In this document: piece after piece, positions 1 to 6,788 of the stretch | Numbering within the stretch: position 1 is the stretch's first letter | How the letters are laid out: the number at the start of each line of letters is the position of its first letter | NCBI RefSeq assembly: GCF_000621165.1 | Contig: NZ_JHZA01000010.1 | Coordinates: 25,732-49,731, forward strand | Length of the DNA stretch: 24,000 bases | Source: Enterovibrio calviensis DSM 14347 | Lineage (GTDB): Bacteria; Pseudomonadota; Gammaproteobacteria; Enterobacterales; Vibrionaceae | Direction: 5' to 3' | Made by a program: the position numbers and the translations under genes | The notes under the pieces: generated by a model | Database searches by the model: none | What the model was told of the DNA's origin: nothing | Seen by the model: only the letters and a program-made list of their open reading frames with translations

Positions 1-526
1 TAAAAGAGGCTTCCATTTGCGCGTTTTCAATCACAGAACTTTGGTCCAGCATATTCTCAATAGGCTGAAGGTGTTCAATGTAGAGGGCATGAAGTGTGGT
101 GATCAGAGCTTGATTGTTTTCATTGAGTGACAATTGGGAGGCAACATCGCGGTCAAATGCGCTTTGGAAATCTCGCATTTTTTGGCTAGCACGCTCAAGG
201 GTTTGATAATCAGAACTGCCTCGTTCTTCTTGTTGCATGGCGCGGGAAATTACAGCCTGAAACTCGTTATTGTTCTCTTTCAGTGAGGCTGCTGAACCTT
301 CAACACCAGTGACAACGCCAATACTGTCGCGATAGACGTCCCCGGCTTCATCAATCAAAACAAGATAGGAAAGCACTTCTGGCACGTCATCGGTTCGTAG
401 TTTTGTCACTTCACTTTTTAGGCCTGTGACTTCAAACCAAACCAACACCACCATGGCAACCATAAGCGCCATGATGCCTCCAAATCCTAAGTATAGCTTT
501 TGGCGTACTGATAATTTTGTAGGCAT
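1..526 (-). CDS. membrane sensor protein, N-terminal part (methyl-accepting chemotaxis protein-like); 3' end outside window
   Basis: Absent from the ORF track because it runs off the left edge. Reverse-complement translation from ATG 526..524 gives MPTKLSVRQKLYLGFGGIMALMVAMVVLVWFEVTGLKSEVTKLRTDDVPEVLSYLVLIDEAGDVYRD... and stays open to nt 1. Short N-terminus, one TM helix and a helical extracytoplasmic region, as in MCP/4HB-type sensors. Purine-rich SD-like 'agggaaaagag' lies just upstream. Confidence 0.55.
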   Translation of the reverse strand, partial: MPTKLSVRQKLYLGFGGIMALMVAMVVLVWFEVTGLKSEVTKLRTDDVPEVLSYLVLIDEAGDVYRDSIGVVTGVEGSAASLKENNNEFQAVISRAMQQEERGSSDYQTLERASQKMRDFQSAFDRDVASQLSLNENNQALITTLHALYIEHLQPIENMLDQSSVIENAQMEASF

Positions 527-714
527 CTCTTTTCCCTAATCCGACATTTAAATTCATACCGTATGCTGTATCGGCGGTCAGCCGTGTAAGTTTAGGGGTT
601 ATTGTATTTTATGAGGTTTTTGTCTCAATTTAGTCTGTTAGGGCGTTTACAATTAATGGGATAAGTCGCCATTTAGGCTTCATTGAAGCGTCACCGAGGC
701 GTTAACGAGAGAGG

Positions 715-748
715 GAAAACGCGCCTTCATCGCTATGATAAGGCGCGG
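715..748 (-). terminator. rho-independent terminator candidate downstream of the SnoaL-like gene
   Basis: 8-bp GC-rich stem cgcgcctt (720-727) / aaggcgcg (741-748). The plus-strand A-run 715-719 reads as a T-run after the hairpin on the minus strand. Confidence 0.5.
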
Positions 749-776
749 GGGAAACGCGTATGTTTACCTTTGGCCT

Positions 777-1523
777 TTAGAATTTTCCGCCATTGGTCCA
801 TTCATGCTTTGGTGGGATCTTTTCTTCATTTCCCCACACCTCGACCACTTTGCCGTCTTTCAGCCTAAATAGATCGAATCGGGCATTTTCTTCGCCGTCT
901 TTGACGACACGGCTATAAGCAACCACCAAGTTTCCTTGTCCGATGATTTTGAATACGAGATCGTAGCAACCGATACATTCGAGAAGTGGAGCCGAGTCAG
1001 ACGGGTTGTGGTTTACCAACGCTTGGGTATTAACGTACAAGGCCACGTTATCAGTTTGCCCCAGTACCATCACGTCACACATCAAGTCGCGAATTACCGT
1101 TTTGTTGGCTTCGGTTTTGTCTTCATCTTCGATGCCAATAGGGCCACTCAATTGATGATTATCGTCAGATTCATTGCCTTCAAACGCTGCAATGACATCC
1201 CAATGCTCAATGATTTTGTCGTTATCGTCGGTATCGAAGAGATCCGTTGTTACCCACTTCGCGTCACCGTTATTGATGTCTTGGAACACTTGAACAAACA
1301 CATATTGTCCATCGACCACGGAACGAAATACGCGAATGTCCCTGACAGGGCATCGCTCGAGAAATGGTTCGAAAAACGCCACGAACCCTTCAACCCCGTT
1401 TTTCACCCCCGTACTGTGTTGGGTGTAACGCTCACCCGTATATTGCGTCACCGCTTGGCGAGCATTGCCGTCACGAATACCTTCCATATACAAGTTCGTT
1501 GCGTTTCTCAGCTTTGGATTCAT
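777..1523 (-). CDS. tandem SnoaL-like / NTF2-fold protein (predicted aldol-condensation/polyketide-cyclase-like enzyme family)
   Basis: 248-aa ORF. The N-terminal half (NLYMEGIRDGNARQAVTQYTGERYTQHSTGVKNGVEGFVAFFEPFLERCP...IIEHWDVIA) matches the pattern I recall for COG4922/SnoaL-like proteins. The second half repeats the fold (…KVVEVWGNEE). Confidence 0.8.
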   Translation of the reverse strand: MNPKLRNATNLYMEGIRDGNARQAVTQYTGERYTQHSTGVKNGVEGFVAFFEPFLERCPVRDIRVFRSVVDGQYVFVQVFQDINNGDAKWVTTDLFDTDDNDKIIEHWDVIAAFEGNESDDNHQLSGPIGIEDEDKTEANKTVIRDLMCDVMVLGQTDNVALYVNTQALVNHNPSDSAPLLECIGCYDLVFKIIGQGNLVVAYSRVVKDGEENARFDLFRLKDGKVVEVWGNEEKIPPKHEWTNGGKF

Positions 1524-1650
1524 GCTTCATTCCTTTTGTATTCGAGTCATAGCCACGTTGAACCATCTTGGCGATAGGGAGAACGTCTGCACAGAGTTTT
1601 TACTCTATCACCAGAGGTAAACTGATGATTTCTCAAATAGTAGACGAAGC

Positions 1651-1680
1651 TATGACAAGCCATGACAAGTTATGGCAACA
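1651..1680. repeat. three phased 10-bp direct repeats (tATGACAAGc / cATGACAAGt / tATGGCAACa)
   Basis: Read directly: 1651-1660, 1661-1670 and 1671-1680. One-helical-turn spacing, about 130-160 bp upstream of the SnoaL-like gene start. Confidence 0.4.
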
Positions 1681-1769
1681 ATGTTGCTGAAGCCGGTAAC
1701 GAACACAATGAACCGCCGGTTTGATTGACTGGTTGTGGTCAATTTCAGCGGTCTTGGCGTTTGACTTCA

Positions 1770-1976
1770 TCACTGAAATTCGACGAGAAGGCTTTCATGC
1801 ACCAAGGTTGGCTTTTTTAGGATACGAAAGACTTCAAGGCCGAGCGTGGTTTTCCGCGCTTCAGGTGCCGCAACGATATGTAAAAGTTGGTCACTCAAGT
1901 GTTCGTGAACGGCGTCTAATACGCGACGCTGATAGGAACGCCATGGATAGCAAAATGTCATGGTATCAAATGGCAT
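1770..1976 (-). pseudogene. relic of the N-terminus of an SF2 (DEAD/DEAH-type) helicase
   Basis: The 68-aa ORF MPFDTMTFCYPWRSYQRRVLDAVHEHLSDQLLHIVAAPEARKTTLGLEVFRILKKPTLV has the 'PWRxYQ…VL' Q-motif region. Its Walker-A position reads AAPEARKTT instead of the AAPGxGKTT expected for this family. The ORF ends after 68 aa, and no helicase-like frame continues downstream. Confidence 0.5.
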
Positions 1977-2140
1977 GTCTGTCCTTTTTCATTGTCTCGG
2001 CGTCTTTGCCTGAATATGTGGTTTCTTAGAATGCATGTTTGTACACAAAATACCGTACAGCATTAGGCGAAATGCTACATCAATGTTGTTGATTTCTCAG
2101 CGTTCATCGTCTCAAAACTCGATGTCCGAATATCTTTGCT

Positions 2141-2168
2141 TAGAATATGAATATTCAATCATATTCTA
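2141..2168. promoter_or_regulatory. perfect 10-bp inverted repeat, candidate operator upstream of the LuxR-hydrolase gene
   Basis: TAGAATATGA (2141-2150), 8-nt spacer, TCATATTCTA (2159-2168). Centred about 130 bp upstream of ATG 2287. Confidence 0.3.
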
Positions 2169-2286
2169 AAATAATAGGGAGTATTTTAAATGTGACAGAA
2201 CCTGTAAGCCTTTACGCTAAATTAGGATAAAGAAGTGTGTGCTTGGCTTCATATTATAATAAAACGTTGGCTATGTAGGTTGTTGT

Positions 2287-4143
2287 ATGTTTATAGCAAA
2301 TAAGGAATTTCACGATCTCGTGATTCAAATTTATGATGCCGCCGCAGACCCAGATAAGTGGCCCGTACTCATAAGAGCAGTTGCAGAGCTCGTTGAAAAA
2401 GCAGCGGAAAAGGAACTGTCACTTACGTCAGAGAATAATTATGCCAACATTGGCAATTATCAAAGTGATGATGTTCCGCTAGGCAATGCGCTCACCAATG
2501 TCTCTAACCTGTCTATCCCTAGTGATTTGGAAATGACTGACTACAGTCAGCCTGAACTAGACCTTATTCTCTTACGTTATTTTCAAAGCGCCTTAGGGAT
2601 CGCACAGAAATTAAATGCAGAAGAAGAATATCGCGATGTCATCGGTGCATTGCTTGATCATTTACCTATATCGGTAATGATTGTTGATCAAGATGGGTAT
2701 GTTATTGAAAGTAATTTATCGGCTAATCAAATGATTAGTGATAATTCACTTCTTGATATCGCAAACAACAGACTGATGTTAAATGGCGACGGAGATAACG
2801 CAAAATTACACAGCGCGATAAAGCATGTTGCGTCAGCGACTGGGGAGGTATCAAGTAAGGCGTTGATGTTCGGCCAAAGTGAACTCTCACTTGAGCGCAT
2901 TATGGTGTTCGTGAGTGCGGTGAAAGGCATGAATGATTCAGAAGGCTGCAATAACATTGCCTTGTTTCTTTCCAGCCCGCGAACCCAACCCATCACGATT
3001 TCTGATTCTATCGCACAGTTGTATGGCTTAACGGCCAAAGAGCTAGAAGTGGCCTCTTATTTGGTGCGCGGTTTTAGCGTGAAAGAGATCTCCATCGAAA
3101 TGTTCATTTCAGAACATACCAGCCGAAGCCACTTGAAATCGCTCATGGCAAAAACGCGCACACAGCGACAGGCTGAGTTAGTGCGGATTCTCTTTTCTAG
3201 CCCCACATCAATGCTGGACCAAGTTCGTCGGTACGTTGACCTTAAAGAAGAAATAGAGCATCAAGGTATTTCTCGTGTCCGGGTTAACGATGATCGTATG
3301 TTGGCGTATCGAGATATCGGTGCAGCAAACAGCGTACCTATTCTCTATTTACACAGCGTGGTGGGCGCGAGTGCTGAAATTGAAACCATGTTGTCGTTTG
3401 AAGACATCGCCGCCCTAAACTGTCGAATTATTGCCCCTGATCGTCCCGGTTATGGCTTATCCAGCCTTAACAAAAAGCCGGGTTTTAATGCCTTTAATCA
3501 AGACCTCAAAGCCTTACTCGAACACCTTGATATCCCTTGCGTGTATATCTTGGGCTTTTCGATGGGTGCGTTGTATGGCATGGCGTTTGCGCGAGAATAC
3601 CCTGAGCGAGTCACCAAAGTGATCGGTGTGAGTGCAGGATTGGCGTCTACCGAGAAGTCAGAGTTTGCAATCATGAATCCACTGTGGCGCATGAGCATGA
3701 CCTTAGCGCGAGATATCCCCAACGTTTATCGTTTGGTTGCTGGCTTGATGTTTAAATCGATGCGAAAGGATCGAAGCAAGGTTCTAGAGCTGATTGAAGA
3801 CAGTGTGGTGTTGGAGGAGGCCGCCATTTTTCGTGACAAAAGGTTTGCTGAAATATATAGCGATTCACTGGGCTACGCGTGGCAGCAAGGTCTGTTTGCA
3901 ACCTGTAAAGACACGGAATTGTTGATGAAGAAATTGAGTTTTTCGCCTGAAGAAATTCATACGCCCGTGACGTTATGGCACGGCGCAAAGGATAGACATG
4001 TGCCATTTACGGTTGTTGAACGACTGGCGAAACGGCTTCCGAATGTTGAACTCAAGGTTGAACCTCATTTGAGTCACTTTCTTATCCTGCTGAAAATTCG
4101 TGAAATTATTGAAAATGACATCTTGGTACGGCAAGTCGGTTGA
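2287..4143 (+). CDS. LuxR-family HTH transcriptional regulator fused to a C-terminal alpha/beta-hydrolase domain (N-terminal PAS-like sensor region)
   Basis: 618 aa. The N-terminus IQIYDAAADPDKWP is typical of LuxR-solo-type regulators. PAS-like LLDHLPISVMIVDQDGYVIESNLSANQMI at ~aa 120-150. GerE/LuxR HTH LTAKELEVASYLVRGFSVKEISIEMFISEHTSRSHLKSLMAKT at aa ~248-290 (nt ~3028-3195). Hydrolase features: nucleophile elbow GFSMG (Ser425, nt 3559-3561), WHGAKDRHVP (Asp569), PHLSHF (His594/597). Confidence 0.85.
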   Translation: MFIANKEFHDLVIQIYDAAADPDKWPVLIRAVAELVEKAAEKELSLTSENNYANIGNYQSDDVPLGNALTNVSNLSIPSDLEMTDYSQPELDLILLRYFQSALGIAQKLNAEEEYRDVIGALLDHLPISVMIVDQDGYVIESNLSANQMISDNSLLDIANNRLMLNGDGDNAKLHSAIKHVASATGEVSSKALMFGQSELSLERIMVFVSAVKGMNDSEGCNNIALFLSSPRTQPITISDSIAQLYGLTAKELEVASYLVRGFSVKEISIEMFISEHTSRSHLKSLMAKTRTQRQAELVRILFSSPTSMLDQVRRYVDLKEEIEHQGISRVRVNDDRMLAYRDIGAANSVPILYLHSVVGASAEIETMLSFEDIAALNCRIIAPDRPGYGLSSLNKKPGFNAFNQDLKALLEHLDIPCVYILGFSMGALYGMAFAREYPERVTKVIGVSAGLASTEKSEFAIMNPLWRMSMTLARDIPNVYRLVAGLMFKSMRKDRSKVLELIEDSVVLEEAAIFRDKRFAEIYSDSLGYAWQQGLFATCKDTELLMKKLSFSPEEIHTPVTLWHGAKDRHVPFTVVERLAKRLPNVELKVEPHLSHFLILLKIREIIENDILVRQVG

Positions 4144-4146
4144 GAT

Positions 4147-4186
4147 ATACCCAAACAACCTGAAGATGCAGGATTCAGCGAGCTTG
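4147..4186. repeat. REP-like ~40-bp imperfect palindromic element, copy 1
   Basis: atacccaaacaacctgaagatgcaggattcagcgagcttg is near-identical to the reverse complement of 14178-14220 (atacccaaacgacctgaagatgcaggattcaagtcgcttggg). Confidence 0.6.
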
Positions 4187-4343
4187 ACTGACGTTATGAG
4201 CAAGGCCTCCCCGTGTTTTCGTGTGTCAGTTTCAATACATGCTGACATATCCCCTAAATAGGGGAGGCGCACCTTTTCTCTTTTTCCCAAAGTGAAGTCT
4301 TTGGAATGTGAATAGTGGTATTCGCATAAGAAGGAGAAAGGTG

Positions 4344-6605
4344 ATGATTAAACCCAACATTATCGCTAGTGCTGCTCTCGCTGTATTTCTTACTGCATGT
4401 TCAGACTCAGATGGAGGCGGCCAGTTACCTAGCAATCCATCTTCACCGGTTCAGAGCAATGTCGCGACAGGGAAAGTAGCGGATGGGTATCTAGAAGGAG
4501 CAACAGTTTGCTTCGATAAAAATGGCAACTTGCTGTGTGATGCTGATGAACCCACCGCGCAGACGGGGGTTGACGGCAGCTATGAGTTGGAAGCAACCGA
4601 AGCAGAAACAAACCAATACCCGCTTATCGCCATCGTTACGACTGAAACCATCGACAAAGATACCAATGAGCCAGTGAGGCATGCATACACCTTGGTATCC
4701 CCACCTGGGAAATTTCGCTTCGTGAGCCCGATGACCACGCTCATGGCACTTCATTCTGACGGCACATCTGATGCATCGCTTCAAGGCGTGGCAGCGACGA
4801 TGCGTCAACTCATGGGCTTATCAGACAACGTTGATCTGTTTGATGACTATATCGACAAGGCTGATGACGAAAACTACCAGCAGATTCATCGTGTTGCTCA
4901 GTTGATTGCACGTCAGTTAGGGCAGGGTCTCACCGTTTTGCACGGAGGGGAGAGCAATAGCTCTGCGTCAGAAAAAGAGATGGTGGCTATCACAGGGCTC
5001 TTGTTAAGTGACGTTGACACGCTCACAGAGATTGTTGATATGAATAGTGATGATTTTGACGCTGATGCAATTGCTTTGTCTTACCAAGAACAATGGCAAG
5101 GTGACATTTCCTCGTACAGTGACGAAATTGACGATATTTACGATTTCTACGTCAATGCTCGTAGTGGGCCAACCATTCTTGATGGTGACGCATATGTTTA
5201 CATCAAACTGGATGGTACGGTAGAAGAAAGACTTGAAGCCCTGTTTGCGTTCTCACCGACATTGCTTGAGCAATATGATCTGGTGGTGACTGGGCCAAAC
5301 TTCTCTCACCAACTTACTGACGCCGATATTATTGAAAGCACCACCAATATTATTCGTTTCCGTTTGTCCTTCGAAGAAGGTTTTCTGGAAACGGGGGCGT
5401 ATGAGATAGCCATTGCCAGTGACAATGATGACGAATCTGGCACCATCATCGGGTCGAATTATTTCTTTCCACCCGGCGCTACGCCAAACGTCAATATCGA
5501 TTGGTTTATGGGTAGCGGTGTTGAAGCCGTTAACAACCCCTACATAGACAACTTCATTAGCTACCCCATTCCGTCTGACAGCCTTAACATTCGCGCTTCT
5601 CTCAAAGACAGTGATGGCAACATCTATTACCAATCTTCATTTAGGAAAGGGCGTAACCGTATTGCAGAGGAAGATGACCAACTGACTCTTCGCCCAGATT
5701 CGACGCTACTGGTTGAGGTTTCAGACGATATAGAGGGTTATGCGAGAACGTTCTTGAAAGAATTGTATGAAGTCCCTGTTTCGCAAAGCAATGCCAAAGC
5801 CAGTATTGATTTCACGCGAACCTATGTAAGAAATAGAGAGCGAGGAAGTGAAACCACCACGAGCTTTATCTATCAATTTAGTGCAGAAAAGATGGTCGAA
5901 GACCACACGGCTAGCCCGCTAGATCCGATTGTTGATGGCGTTGATATTCAGTATTTCAATGAAGTGAATTCCAGTTTCGACAACGTGGTGACACATGACG
6001 TTGATTATAATGAAATCATGGCATTAGGTGACCAATATGACATCAATGATGGTGACTTCAACCTGTGGAATTCATTGCAGCTTGAAGACTATTTCGGTGA
6101 GCTGATTAACTACCTCGATGCCTTCTATCAAACGCAGACATCCATTGAGCAAGGTCTATATGTTTATTCAGTGTTCGGTACGGATGGGCAAACCTACCAC
6201 ACCTATGATTTCTATAGCGGCACCGATTCAGGATTCCCTGATGTTAAACGCGCCAATGTTAGCACCGAAAAAGTAGACGGAAGCTGGTTGAAATTCAGCC
6301 TTCCATCGGCAGGTGAAAACGTCCCCGTTTATTACCAGTATCAATTCTATGTGATTTACGAGAAAGACGGCGAATCTCTAGAAACATACTTAATGGGGAC
6401 AAATCGCAGCCCACAAAATGTCAGCTATGTTCGTTTGAGCAAGGTGAATGAGGCATTGGCGTTCTTCAATGAAGAATACGCGCCTGATTCGGTTAATGCC
6501 GTTGTCATCCGTGCTAATGCTTGGGATGCATTGAAGAGCTACAACATTGATACGCGTTCTGAATCGGATTCGATTGATATCAGCCCGTTGCTGCCAGCGT
6601 TGTAA
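4344..6605 (+). CDS. large acidic lipoprotein of unknown function
   Basis: The ORF track starts at 4308. I prefer ATG 4344 because AAGGAG (4331-4336) sits 7 nt upstream. MIKPNIIASAALAVFLTAC has a lipobox (L-T-A-C). The mature protein is D/E/Y-rich, with an N-terminal GKVADGYLEGATVCFDKNGNLLCDADEP motif. I recognise no catalytic motif. Confidence 0.8.
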   Translation: MIKPNIIASAALAVFLTACSDSDGGGQLPSNPSSPVQSNVATGKVADGYLEGATVCFDKNGNLLCDADEPTAQTGVDGSYELEATEAETNQYPLIAIVTTETIDKDTNEPVRHAYTLVSPPGKFRFVSPMTTLMALHSDGTSDASLQGVAATMRQLMGLSDNVDLFDDYIDKADDENYQQIHRVAQLIARQLGQGLTVLHGGESNSSASEKEMVAITGLLLSDVDTLTEIVDMNSDDFDADAIALSYQEQWQGDISSYSDEIDDIYDFYVNARSGPTILDGDAYVYIKLDGTVEERLEALFAFSPTLLEQYDLVVTGPNFSHQLTDADIIESTTNIIRFRLSFEEGFLETGAYEIAIASDNDDESGTIIGSNYFFPPGATPNVNIDWFMGSGVEAVNNPYIDNFISYPIPSDSLNIRASLKDSDGNIYYQSSFRKGRNRIAEEDDQLTLRPDSTLLVEVSDDIEGYARTFLKELYEVPVSQSNAKASIDFTRTYVRNRERGSETTTSFIYQFSAEKMVEDHTASPLDPIVDGVDIQYFNEVNSSFDNVVTHDVDYNEIMALGDQYDINDGDFNLWNSLQLEDYFGELINYLDAFYQTQTSIEQGLYVYSVFGTDGQTYHTYDFYSGTDSGFPDVKRANVSTEKVDGSWLKFSLPSAGENVPVYYQYQFYVIYEKDGESLETYLMGTNRSPQNVSYVRLSKVNEALAFFNEEYAPDSVNAVVIRANAWDALKSYNIDTRSESDSIDISPLLPAL

Positions 6606-6624
6606 GCCAAGGATTTACTCGCAT

Positions 6625-6664
6625 TTGAAACAAAAACGAGCCTCCCAGAGAGGGAGGCTCGTTT
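6625..6664 (-). terminator. rho-independent terminator for the GH3 gene
   Basis: 13-bp stem 6634-6646 / 6652-6664 (aaacgagcctccc / gggaggctcgttt) with a 5-nt loop. On the minus strand it is followed by tttttgtttc. Confidence 0.7.
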
Positions 6665-6690
6665 ACCGATTACTTCTATCGATGGAGTTT

Positions 6691-6734
6691 CACCTCAGCC
6701 TATCTCACGTGCGTCAGGCTGAGGTGTTTTTTTT
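6691..6734 (+). terminator. rho-independent terminator for the lipoprotein gene
   Basis: Stem cacctcagcc (6691-6700) / ggctgaggtg (6717-6726), followed by eight T (6727-6734). Confidence 0.75.
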
Positions 6735-6788
6735 GCTTAGTGCTAAATGCTATCGCTAAGCGTCAAATACGCCTACTAACTATGAAAT

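Noticed and set aside
683-868. 61-aa plus-strand ORF rich in Arg/His.
   Set aside because: It spans the terminator hairpin and the 3' end of the SnoaL-like gene in antisense. The basic, low-complexity translation marks it as spurious.
936-1577. 213-aa plus-strand ORF. Similar long antisense ORFs include 7422..7796, 12562..12873, 13015..13326, 15387..15698, 17092..17502 and 22195..22848.
   Set aside because: All lie fully antisense within genes that have clear family signatures. They have low-complexity or Arg/Ser-rich translations and no SD. They are shadow ORFs.
1625-1690. 21-codon ORF MISQIVDEAMTSHDKLWQQCC with a good SD (GAGGT, 6-nt spacing).
   Set aside because: It is too short to support without conservation or ribosome-profiling data, and it overlaps the 10-bp repeat array. 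It is mentioned under that finding but not called as a gene.
4308-4343. 12-codon N-terminal extension of the lipoprotein ORF (MNSGIRIRRRKV).
   Set aside because: It contains the AAGGAG SD that serves ATG 4344. A signal peptide starting at MIKPN fits lipoprotein rules.
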